Positions 52,850 to 63,900 of a stretch of 64,000 nt of DNA are shown one piece after another. The position numbers were made by a program, and so were the translations under genes. The notes under the pieces were generated by a model. It saw only the letters and a list, made by a program, of their open reading frames with translations, was not told the origin of the DNA and ran no database searches. The DNA comes from Macrostomum hystrix (Eukaryota > Animalia > Platyhelminthes), in contig CATNEN010000034.1 of assembly GCA_950097015.1 (NCBI GenBank), forward strand, positions 1,612,001 through 1,676,000. The letters are read 5' to 3'. Positions within the stretch are counted from its first letter, which is position 1; each line of letters opens with the position of its first letter.

Positions 52850-52970
52850 GCCACTGGAGTTAGAGCATTGGACTCACAACTTGAAGGTCGAGGGTTCGAT
52901 TCCCGACTCCACTTCAATTGTGTTCTTCAGAAAGACACTGCATTGACTCTGCAATGCTTAAGTTCACCCA
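52850..52970 (+). mobile_element. Degenerate tRNA-derived SINE
   Basis: GTTAGAGCATTGGACTCACAACTTGAAGGTCGAGGGTTCGATTCCCG (tRNA-like, B-box GGTTCGATTCC) followed by TGTGTTCTTCAGAAAGACACT, which resembles the TGTGT.CTTGGGCAAG.CACTT motif of CORE-like SINE bodies. Confidence 0.5.
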
Positions 52971-54169
52971 TTATATTATATTATTTAAAAAGGCTTTTTC
53001 TAGCAAAATATCTATATCTTTTTAATCGAGGTAGTTGTAACCGTGCGTGTATCATTTTTGTATGCAATGTTGGGCCGTAGGCCCGCCAGTTCAGTCCTAT
53101 ACTTTTGTATTTTGGCTTGTTTATTTGGTGCAGCTTTCGACAGGTTGGGTCGGGGGGGAAGGGGTGAGCCTCTGGACCAAGGACGCGAGCCCGACACCCT
53201 CCCCAATCCCCCAATCTTTCCCGGCTGTGTGGCGATTGGCTGGAGAAGGCCACTGTGGCCTTAACCCCTCCTCCCACCTTTTTTCTGCCCGATACTTTTC
53301 ATTGGTCACGCCTCGCTTTTGTGGCCCCTGGCGTGATAAAGCCGCGCCCACCCCATGTCTGGGCTCGCCTAACGAAAATCGCTAGCAGCTCCACTGAAAG
53401 CCGTCCCTTAACTTAGCAGTGAAAGCTCCCCAGTGCGAATGCCTATTCTCATCAAATATCAAATCAGCTGCATAGTAGGACCGCCTCTTGCCTGCAGGTA
53501 CCGGCAATGATTCAGCAGATTCGGCACATGACATGACCTGCGGCTGCATGCAGTGGGTATCCTCGCCAGCTGGATAAGCTGGCTAAATATACAAGGGGCC
53601 CGTCCTACGCTCGTATAGAGCGTTCGTAAGTTCCGTCGTAAGCTTTAACTTACGCACGACAGTTAAGAACCGTCTTAGAGCGTTCTTAAGTGCGTTCGGT
53701 GAACGAATGTACACAAATGTACATTTTCATGAAGAACCATTTGACTTTGCCACGATCAACCATTGCCCTCGATCCTTTTCATCGATGTATTTAACAATGT
53801 TAAGCAAGCAATACAATATATCCGAAAACTGGGTTTTGGTTTCTTTTATTGAAGTCTCTCTCGATCTGCAGCCTCTCCCTCTCAACCCACAAGTCGTTCT
53901 CTCTCGATCTGCAGCCTCTCCCTCTCAACGCACTATCGCTTGTGCGCAACATCCAGTCAAGCTTCATCAACACTAATTCGTTTTTTCCAACGCTTCAATA
54001 GTCACAAGTTTGCTTTGCCTGGGCCGAAACTTGCTGTTCCTCGCACACGTGGCAGCAGACTCTTCCATGCCTAGTGCTTTTGCTTCATCAGGCTTATTGG
54101 CAGGCGGCGTGCAGACAGTATTAACACATGCAAACATGGAGCTCGACGACGCAGCCATCGAGCCTGACA

Positions 54170-54970
54170 ACGCAGCGTGGACCTTGGTTAGAGCTTAGAG
54201 GCAGCCTCAGCGTGTCTACACCAGATGGTACGCCTTCGACGGCTTGTTGTCCAACAGACTACGCCGCCTTCTCCTCGAAGCTCGACAACTGCGGAGCCTG
54301 AGATGGACCACCTCCAGTCTTAGAATGTTCCTTGCGGCGACCTTGTGCTTCAGCTGGCTTTTGAAGTCGGACCAGCGTCTTCGGCAGTGTTCTCCAGATC
54401 GTCCTTGTCCGCCGACCGCATTGACGATATCGGCGATCTGCTGCCATCCGCGCTTTTTGGCAGTAGATTAATAATAATATTAATAATTGCAGGAGGGCTG
54501 CGGGCAATGACACATAGTTTGGTGACACTAGACCGCAGCCAGCGAGGAGGCAATTCTGCCCATTTCGCTGACTCCTGAGCACACACGCACACAGATACCG
54601 TACGCAGGCACACGCTCACACAGGTGTGTACATCTGCCCTGACTTTCTCATCGTCAGGCAGTGTACACTCGAACTGTGCCTTGGAGGTTGGCCCTCAAGG
54701 GCGTAAATTGCACGACAAGCCTCCAAGCCTTCTCTCCGCGGCTGCGCCCCAAATAAATGTGGCCTCGCTGTGGAATCGAACTTAGGGACTGTGGTGCGAG
54801 TGGCAAACGCGTTAACCGCTCTGCCACCGACCCCCTGGCAGTAGATTAGCTTCGACTGTATTTGCGGAGCTTTCTAGATAGCTTTTGCGCTCGGTCACTG
54901 CGTCCTGAAGTGCTTTAAGTTCTGCCATTGACCAATTGGCCGCGCGTCTTTGTGCTGCGTTAGAACTCAT
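54170..54970 (-). pseudogene. Harbinger Myb/SANT-like DNA-binding protein pseudogene, interrupted by a SINE
   Basis: Fragments in shifting frames: MSSNAAQKTR / ANWSMAELKALQDAVTERKSYLE / STAKKRGWQQIADIVNAVGGQGRSGEHCRRRWSDFKSQLKHKVAA / KEHSKTGGGPSQAPQLSSFEEKAA*SVGQQAVEGVPSGVDT. This is the typical Myb_DNA-bind_5 / NAIF1-like pattern. Frameshifts, a stop and a SINE insertion are present. Confidence 0.8.
54471..54835 (-). mobile_element. Full-length tRNA-derived SINE, copy B (365 bp), with 13-bp TSD
   Basis: Head GGGGGTCGGTGGCAGAGCGG (A box) ... GTTCGATTCC (B box), (ATT)n-like tail, TSD TGGCAGTAGATTA at 54458-54470 and 54836-54848. Confidence 0.9.
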
Positions 54971-55355
54971 CGCATAATATAAATTTCTGCGAGTACGATC
55001 AGGACAGCAACTACTCTATCAGTTGACGCTTTATATTGTCACTAAATTCCAAATAAAATTGGTTGAGGTTGTTTACAACCCGTGGCGGCAAGTTCAATGA
55101 AGCCGACCAACGTCAATTTATCAGCCGGTCGAAGGTTGCCGCACTAACAGGTTGGGCTAATTATGCGCGAAGGCTGATATATATTATGCGCTCTTAATAC
55201 ACTCTTCAAAATTTCTTAGATAAGATTGCTCACACTCTTATCTATGTGACGTAAGAATTAAAACCTTTGCTTTGGTTCAAGTTGATGGAAAATTTATGAC
55301 CCTGTCCTGACAATACCAAGACACTGAATTGATAATTTTAAACCAGTTAAAATTT

Positions 55356-55951
55356 GTTTTCAACTTCTATTTCAAACTAAGTAACTTCAATTTCGTCCGC
55401 GAGACCGGCCTGCCCAAGTTAGGGCAGATCAATTTCACAAAAGTAACATCTATTTCGTCTCTTCCGCACAGCCATTTGTGTTTGCGTCCGCTCTGTGAAA
55501 TAAGGACTTTGTCCTTGCCTTTGATCTTCACCGACGCCGCCACCGACTCCGCCGCCACGCATTTATAATAATTCTGTCGAGTGTCGAGAGATTTATGGCC
55601 CTGTAAATTTATGACCCTTTAGCACAGAATCATAAAAAAATTCTGCTAATTGGATAGCGCCGACACTTTCACATCCAGCCGCTCTTGAAGCTCCAATCTT
55701 ATTGGAGCGACAATACGAGCTCTTTTTGTTGTTTGTCTCCCACTTGGTGTCTTGCCTAAAATATATATATTGAAGTACAGGCCCATCATGGCCTATATTA
55801 TTTTAATGATGATTATTATCTGATGACACCGGATGAAAAAAATGCAAGACGAAATCAAAGTTACTTTTTGTGAAATTGATTTACTCTAACTTGGCAGGCC
55901 GGTCTCGCGGACGAAATTGAAGTTACTTAGTTTGAAATAGAAGTTGAAAAC
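55356..55951. mobile_element. MITE / non-autonomous element with ~95-bp terminal inverted repeats, nested in the Harbinger
   Basis: GTTTTCAACTTCTATTTCAAACTAAGTAACTTCAATTTCGTCCGCGAGACCGGCCTG...CACAAAAGTAAC (55356-~55448) matches the reverse complement of ~55860-55951. No coding interior; TSD unclear. Confidence 0.8.
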
Positions 55952-56025
55952 CAAAAACACGTGCAAATGAAATCCTAGAACTAAGTCCGCACAGCATTGC
56001 AGAATTACTGGCCGAAATCGACAGA

Positions 56026-57043
56026 ATGAATTTCTTAGATTTTGCGTTGGCGCAGCACACCTTGAGAACTGAGAGAAGATTTCGGGAACGACTTGACCCT
56101 CTCGACTTCACCGATCGTGAGATTTTTGAGCGGTACCGGCTGCCACGTCAACAATTGCTAGAGCTGATCGAGTTATTACGACCACAATTGAAACGCCAGA
56201 CGCGTCGCAATATAGCCATTTCCGTCGAGCTGCAGGTTTGGCTGGCCATGCGCTTCTTTGCAACAGGCAGCTTTCTCAGAGTCATTGGGGATGAGTTCAA
56301 CTGTAGCTGCGTAACAGCCTCAAGAATTGTGGCCGATGTTTGCAAGCTGCTTCAGGATATGGCACCTATTTTTATTTCATTTCCAAGCTATCAACAGGCG
56401 GCAGCAGCTTCAGCTCGTGCTTTATTGACATTGCCGGAGTGCCACAAGTGCTCGGAGCCATCGACGGTACGCCCAATCAATGATGGTGGAATTTTCATCA
56501 ACAGAAAGGGTTTCCACTCGATCAATGTTCAGGCAGTGTGCAGTGCCAGTCTCGCATTTACGAACCTCGTCGCACGCTGGCTCGGCAGTAGCTCGTAGCC
56601 ACGACTCCTTCATTTTTCAACCATCTGCGCTAAAAGACTTCCTCGCTGACGGGACTGTCGCAGGCTTCTTGGTTGGAGATTCAGGCTATCCTCTTCGACC
56701 ATTTCTGATAACACCGTTTAGAGACCCACAAACAAATTCGAAGCAAAATTTCAACCGGAGTTCGACGTTCGACGTTTTGAAAGCGAGATTTCGGTGCCTT
56801 GATCACAGCGGAGGAGCTCTGCAGTTCAATCCTAACAAAGTGTGCAGCATTACTGTCGCGTTCTGCGTGCTACAAACTTTTGCTGTGACGAGAGCAGTTC
56901 CACTCCCACCTGAGCCTCAGCCGCTGGTCATGGAAGTGACTGAAGAAAATGCAGCCACACCAGCTCAAGACACCGCTGCTGGTCGAGCAGAAAGACAGCG
57001 AATAATGCACTGTGATTGGCAGGATTTTTTTACTTTTTTATGA
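56026..57043 (+). pseudogene. Harbinger (HARBI1-like) DDE transposase pseudogene
   Basis: YRLPR...LRPQLKRQTRR...MRFFATG, GAIDGT (shifted frame, ~56460), NRKGFHSINVQAVC, HDSFIF, LVGDSGYPL, VLKARFRCL. Several frameshifts, and the segment that normally carries the final E before LKARF appears deleted. Confidence 0.88.
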
Positions 57044-57676
57044 CGAAATAATGAGACCTTTACAAGATGAGTATGTTAGTTCTCTGCTCTACGAGTAATA
57101 AGTAATCTACGAGTATGTGATGAAGTATAACCTCTAAATACGCTCGTATACTATGGCCGAGCAAATTTTTTCACGATGGCCGTGTCTTTTACATTGCTAA
57201 GGCGAGACTTATGACGGGTCCGATCTATCTTAGATTTACGGCAGAACTTAAGATGCCGGAGTGACTTACGAAAGTTTCACCGAACATTTTAAAACACGGC
57301 GCCAACGTAAGTTCGAACTTAGGGATACACGAGATCGGGGCCAAAGAATTTCCAGTCAGGAATCACCTCCACATGTACTGACGTTAGACATAAGGCACTT
57401 TTTGTAACAGCTCGTAATCGCGATTGAAAGTATCGACTTCAATGTAAATGTAAAAGCTACAAAAATTGTTGAATCATTTCAAACAAGCCACAAAAGCGGC
57501 AAAGAAAACAATTCTATTGAATTCTAGGAGACGAATAGCTTTCTAAAGGATAACCCATCAGGATTTTCACGAATAAACAAAGCAAGATTGGCCACACCCT
57601 GATTTATTTATCAGAGATAAAAGCCTTTGAAAATTCGTTTCGTGCAGAAATAATCAGCTGCCTCTTCAAGCTAGCG

Positions 57677-58734
57677 ATGAGCTCCACCACAGTCGCCGCC
57701 GTCAAGTTTCCCCACGAGACCAGTGCTCAAGGCCTCGAGATCAGTGCCGAGACCAGTGCCGACTGGTCGGCAATCGGCCAGTCCACGTGAAACTGTTCTG
57801 GGCGCTGGGCTTTCTGGCCTGCTCCGTCTGCTTCTGCGGCTTCTTTCAGCGCTCGGTGGCGCGCCTGCTGGCCACCGGGCGCAAAACGGCCACCTACGCC
57901 GAAGCCGTCCCGTTCGAGTTTCCCGACGTCTACGCGTGCGGCCTCAGCCCGACCTCTGGCAGCTACTCGGGGAGTCTGACTGGCAGCCAAGTTGAGCAGA
58001 TTCGACAGCTCATTGGACGGCTTACTAGCCGACACGAGTATCTGCGCAATGACCTGCGGCTGAGAATCTCGGCCATCATGAACTCGCTGCCGTACTGGCT
58101 ACTGGCCGACAGATTTGGGCCCCGGCTGCAGCAGATGTGCTTCTACAACATCTTCACTGGCTACGGGACCAGGCTGAGCGATGGCTCGAATCGCCATTTG
58201 GAGTCCGTGCTCAATTTCTACCATCCGAAGCATCTGCGCTGCATGCGGCTGGCGCTGAGTGCAGAGGAGAAGGAGCTGCTGCGCCAGCCGGGCAACGGCC
58301 TGACCCTGCAGATGATGGCCGACGCCTTTCTGCTGGACTCTTAACTGAATAACTACACCGGCCGGCAGCAGGTGTTCGAAGAGAGCTGGACGGAGTTTGG
58401 CCAGCCGGTACGGGTCTACCCGGCGCAGTGGAGCATTGCCGACGGCTGGAACATCTACGAGGCGGGACTGCGGCTGGTGCTAGCGGAGCCGGGCACCTAC
58501 CTCTCTGACTGGGCCACCGCTGTGCAGCTGGATCCGGGTTCCAGCACCGAGCTCCTGGTCCCCATGCAGAGGACCGAGTACAGCGAGTCCGACTTCGCTT
58601 GCCAATGCGTGCCAGACGCTGAGGTTGGCGATGCCCAGTTTCACAATCCCTATGATGACGGAGCTTACAACTTCAGCTATAGCTTCGCCTACTGCTATTA
58701 TGAAGGTTCGGGAAACAGTTTGTGGCTGAGCTAA
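57677..58734 (+). pseudogene. DEG/ENaC (amiloride-sensitive channel)-like gene, disrupted; N-terminal and extracellular portion only
   Basis: ATG 57677 gives FPHETSAQGL (HG-motif-like). A frameshift within a short CGAGACCAGTGC triplication follows, then TM1 KLFWALGFLACSVCFCGFF, FPDVYAC, FYHPKHLRC, GNGLTL, an in-frame TAA at 58342-58344, then GLRLVLAEPG...LDPG and Cys-rich CQC...YSFAYC. No TM2/GAS exon was found before the convergent carboxypeptidase 3. Confidence 0.7.
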
Positions 58735-58876
58735 ACCAGAGGAGATTTGCTAGATATTTTCTATATACGAAGTATAAGGGAAAAAGGCTAATTTCGTGTG
58801 GCTTCTGCTCGTGAAAATTTATTGGCTTTACGCTCGTTGACCAGCCTATTTGCTTCATTTCCACTCCAGTCCCCAG

Positions 58877-59118
58877 TGTGAGAGATACAATTCAGACTAC
58901 TGACAACAGTAGAAAAGCAAAGACTTGGCTCCAAAACTCTCACATAACACTAAAAAATATCGCCATAAAAATGGCAAGCTTAAAAGAGACTTCTGTGCAC
59001 ACTAAGAGTGGTGGGAGAGGACGGCGTGTGGCTATGGCTGACTGACGAAGGCAAACAAGCCAGAAAACGGTCTCGGTCTGCCAGCGCGAGGTTCGTTCCC
59101 CACTTTTAGTGTGTTACA
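58877..59118 (-). mobile_element. Solo-LTR-like dispersed repeat, copy 2
   Basis: Reverse complement of 6985-7226 with few substitutions and the same TGT...ACA termini. Flanks (CCAG / CCTA) are not a clean TSD. Confidence 0.6.
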
Positions 59119-59145
59119 CCTACCCAACCCACTGGCGGCACACAT

Positions 59146-59346
59146 CCCAGTCGCACCCACCCCAGTCGCACCCACCCCAGTCGCACCCACCCCAGTCGCA
59201 CCCACCCCAGTCGCACCCACCCCAGTCGCACCCACCCCAGTCGTACCCACCCCAAATGTCAGTCAGTCAGTCAGTCAGTCAGTCAGTCAGTCAGTCAGTC
59301 AGTCAGTCAGTCAGTCAGTCAGTCAGTCAGTCAGTCAGTCAGTCAG
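59146..59346. repeat. 15-bp repeat (CCCAGTCGCACCCAC)n followed by a (GTCA)n microsatellite
   Basis: About 6-7 copies of the 15-mer, then about 22 GTCA units. Confidence 0.95.
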
Positions 59347-59809
59347 AGCAAATAAAATGATGCTGGTTTAAAATGTAGCAATGCTGTCACATTGCTGATC
59401 CCGTTGACTAGCTCATGATTGATAAGAAACGGCTGATTCTATTGGATGCAATTGAAACATGCTAAGCTTAATCCATTATTTTGTGGGTAATTTTGATACT
59501 GTCGGTTCTAATTGGAGTGTTTTGGATTAAATGGGATTGGATTAAAGTACAGAGCACTCAGCATAGAAACTTTTGCAACCACGCTACATGGGCGAATTGA
59601 ACTAGGAAGCTTTTAACATTAAATTCACAGTTTTTGAGCAAGCTTTAAGTAAAGCTCGAACATTTGCAGGTGTGAAGAGAGCTCTAGCTCACATCTTACC
59701 GTTTTAACGAGCTCTTGTTACTGCTTCTGGTCCCAATGCTCACCTTGATCTCAATTTTTCCATTGATTCCAATATCTACTATCATCTTTATATTAGATTT
59801 AATCCAAAT

Positions 59810-60720
59810 ATTCCTATTGATTCCCAAAGCAATCGAGATCCCCATATTCATATTGATCCCCATATTCATATTATTCATATTGATCCCCATATTCATATTG
59901 ATCCCCATGTTCATATTGATCCCCATATTCATATTGATCCCCATATTCATATTGATCCCCATATTCATATTGATCCCCATATTCATATTGATCCCCATAT
60001 TCATATTGATCCCCATTTTCATATTGATCCCCATATTCATATTGATCCCCATATTCATATTGATCCCCATATTCATATTGATCCCCATATTCATATTGAT
60101 CCCCATATTCATATTGATCCCCATATTCATATTGATCCCCATATTCATATTGATCCCCATATTCATATTGATCCCCATATTCCTATTGATCCCCATATTC
60201 ATATTGATCCCCATATTCATATTGATCCCCATATTCATATTGATCCCCATATTCATATTGATCCCCATATTCATATTGATCCCCATATTCCTATTGATCC
60301 CCATATTCATATTGATCCCCATATTCGTATTGATCCCCCTATTCATCTTTATCCCCATATTCATATTGATCCCCATATTCATATTGATCCCCATATTCAT
60401 ATTGATCCCCATATTCCTATTGATCCCCATATTCATATTGATCCCCATATTCCTATTGATCCCCCTATTCATATTGATCCCCATATTCATATTGATCCCC
60501 ATATTCATATTGATCCCCATATTCATATTGATCCCCATTTTCATATTGATCCCCATATTCATATTGATCCCCATATTCATATTGATCCCCATTTTCATAT
60601 TGATCCCCATATTCATATTGATCCCCATATTCCTATTGATCCCCATATTCATATTGATCCCCAAAGCAATCGAGATCCCCTTATTTGCTGTAATCCCCAT
60701 ATTTTTCTTGATCCCCATCG
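59810..60720. repeat. 18-bp minisatellite (ATATTCATATTGATCCCC)n
   Basis: Direct tandem repetition bracketed by a direct repeat CCCAAAGCAATCGAGATCCCC (59823-59843 and 60660-60680). Confidence 0.96.
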
Positions 60721-60950
60721 TGATCCTAAAATTCATAAATGCTTCCTATGTTAATTTTGATCCGTGTACACGCGCTGTGTTTCTGGCTCTAAGCCTCCAA
60801 TTCTCAATAATTTCGTCAACAAGCCGAAATATTAAAATATTCTAAATAACTATGCTGAGTAATTATGCCTTTGAAACGCTTGTTGCAACTTGCAAGTATA
60901 TTTTGACAGCTTTATTTCGAATTTTTAAGCATCAGCTGCTTGGCCGTGAA

Positions 60951-63900
60951 TCATGGCAGCGCCGCTGCCACCGCCTTCAGGCCGCTGTAAACCTCCCTGC
61001 CGCTCAGCGGGATGACCGACGGGTCCGGAGCGAATCCTTGGATGCCCTGTCCAGAGCCGGGCCGAAGCTCCAGCGTGAAGGCATACTTGACGCCCAGCTT
61101 GTACTTTACCCAATCGAAACTGCCACCAGCTGCTTCGTCTGGAGAGGAGCAAGTTCACGTTGGGAAAATATTTTCCTGACTTTAAAAAATTACCGAATTT
61201 TTCCTTGTTATACTCCTATCTCTCCCTTGCCTTATCACTCCCGTGTCTTATCTTCCCTCTGTCTCATCTCTCCACTGTCTCATCTCTCCACTGTCTCATC
61301 TCTCCACTGTCTCATCTCTCATGAATCTCATTTCTAAGCTGTCACATCTCTCCCTTGTCTCATCTCTCCCCTGTCTCATCTCTCCACTGTCTCATCTCTC
61401 CACTGTCTCATCTCTCATGAATCTCATTTCTAAGCTGTCACATCTCTCCCTTGTCTCATCTCTCCCCTGTCTCATCTCTCCCCTGTTTCATCTCTCCTCA
61501 GCCTCATCTCTCCACTGTCTCATCTCTCCACTGTCTCATCTCTCCCCTGTTTCATCTCTCCCTTGTCTCATCTCTCCACTGTCTCATCTCTCCACTGTCT
61601 CATCTCTCCCCTGTTTCATCTCTCCCTTGTCTCATCTCTCCCTTGTCTCATCTCTCCCCTGTCTCATCTCTCCCCTGTCTCATCTCTCCCCTGTCTCATC
61701 TCTCCCCTGTCTCATCTCTCCCCTGTCTCATCTCTCCCCTGTTTCATCTCTCCCTTGTCTCATCTCTCCCCTGTCTCATTTCTCCCCTGTCTCATCTCTC
61801 CCCTGTCTCATCTCTCCCCTGTCTCATCTCTCCCCTGTCTCATCTCTCCCCTGTCTCATCTCTCCCCTGTTTCATCTCTCCCTTGTCTCATCTCTCCCTG
61901 TCTTATCTCTCCCCTGTCTCATCTCTCCCCTGTCTCATCTCTCCCCTGTCTCATCTCTCCCCTGTCTCATCTCTCCTCTAGCTCATTTCACCGTATTTTA
62001 TTTTTCAACGGAATCAAATTTACTGATTTTGGATTTTGGATTTTGGAAACGACAGCGACCCACTGTCGTTTCTGGATTCTGTTTTCAGCCTGCGAGGTAT
62101 ATAAGGTTGCTGACCCCTTAGAAATGCGAAATTATGCAATTAGTTGGCGAAGCATTTCCCAGTTAGAAAATCAAATTGAATATCAGTGTAAAACTTTCTC
62201 GCTAAGCTTCAACTCACACAGTCCAATGTTGGCGGTTTGGCCAACCGCGAAAACTGGCCCGCCGGCGGCCACAATGGCGTCCCGACCAATGTTTCCCATT
62301 CGGATCTGGGAAGTAAACGATGCATCAGATAATCTTGCTAATAACTGCAAGTCCCACTATTAATACAACCATTGCCAACTCTACTGCCTTTGATGTACAT
62401 GTTCACTGTGATCCCCATATCCACTGTGATCCCCATATCCACTGTGATCCCCATATCCACTGTGATCCCCATATCCACTGTGATCCCCATATCCACTGTG
62501 ATCCCCATATCCACTGTGATCCCCATATCCACTGTGATCCCCATATCCACTGTGATCCCCATATCCACTGTGATCCCCATATCCACTGTGATCCCCATAT
62601 CCACTGTGATCCCCATATCCACTGTGATCCCCATATCCACTGTGATCCCCATATCCACTGTGATCCCCATATCCACTGTGATCCCCATATCCACTGTGAT
62701 CCCCATATCCACTGTGATCCCCATATCCACTGTGATCCCCATATCCACTGTGATCCCCATATCCACTGTGATCCCCATATCCACTGTGATCCCCATATCA
62801 CGGATTACTGTTGACAGAAATTTGTTGGCCTCGCTTACTAGCTGCTATTACTTGTAGCTCGTACTAGCATTATAAAGTATATTTATATGAGCATTTATAA
62901 GTATTACAGTGCTCACCATCTCATCGTGGTCCGGAGGATTCACGGCTGTGAAGGCGGGCGGTGTGAGCCAGTACTGACCGTAGGAGTGGAAGCTGACGTA
63001 CATTCCCCTCTGCAGCCGGGACTTCAAGCTCTCAAGAAATTCGCTCAAAGCCTTCGTCTCTGGCTCCGAGAAGGCAAAGGGTCCGTGGTAGATGTCGCTG
63101 GCGGGATTGCCGCTGGTGCCGACGCCCCCGAAGGTGTGGTCAAAGTTTCTATTGGCATCAGCGCCGTAGTAGAAGCCGTAAGGCTTGCGGGTCTTGCGCC
63201 AGAACCGTGTCTGGGGGCAGGACAGACGGGACTCTGTGATCCCTGCACAATCCATGGGACTGTGATCCCTGCACAATCTATGGACTCTGTGGTCCCTGCA
63301 CAATCCATGGGACTGTGATCCCTGCACAATCTAGGGACTCTGTGATCCCTGCACAATCCATGGGACTCTGTGATCCCTGCACAATCCATGGGACTGTGAT
63401 CCCTGCACAATCTATGGACTCTGTGATCCCTGCACAATCCATGGGACTGTGGTCCCTGCACAATCCATGGGACTGTGATCCCTGCACAATCTAGGGACTC
63501 TGTGATCCCTGCACAATCCATGGGACTGTGGTCCCTGCACAATCCATGGGACTGTGGTCCCTGCACAATCCATGGGACTGTGATCCCTGCACAATCTAGG
63601 GACTCTGTGATCCCTGCACAATCCATGGGACTGTGGTCCCTGCACAATCCATGGGACTGTGGTCCCTGCACAATCCAAGGGACTGTGGTCCCTGCACAAT
63701 CCATGGGACTGTGGTCCCTGCACAATCCATGGGACTGTGATCCCTGCACAATCTAGGGACTCTGTGATCCCTGCACAATCCAAGGGACTGTGGTCCCTGC
63801 ACAATCCATGGGACTGTGATCCCTGCACAATCCAAGGGACTGTGGTCCCTGCACAATCCATGGGACTGTGATCCCTGCACAATCTAGGGACTCTGTGATC

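Larger units (their letters stand above)
53596..57342. mobile_element. Decayed PIF/Harbinger DNA transposon (transposase plus Myb/SANT partner, divergently oriented)
   Basis: Two-gene Harbinger content. Imperfect termini (GGGCCCGT vs GGCCCCGA in reverse complement). Exact inverted GTTCGGTGAA (53694-53703 / 57276-57285) and CGTAAG/CTTACG/CTTAAG-rich subterminal regions at both ends. Boundaries approximate; TSD not resolved. Confidence 0.75.

Noticed and set aside
52850-54835. Genuine tRNA genes at 52850-52920 and 54760-54835 (also 5590-5670)
   Set aside because: A/B boxes are present, but no clean cloverleaf or acceptor stem was found by eye, and they continue into SINE bodies; one has a tail and a TSD.
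58342-58344. Programmed readthrough or selenocysteine in the ENaC-like gene
   Set aside because: The codon is TAA, not TGA, and an independent frameshift exists upstream, so decay is the simpler explanation.
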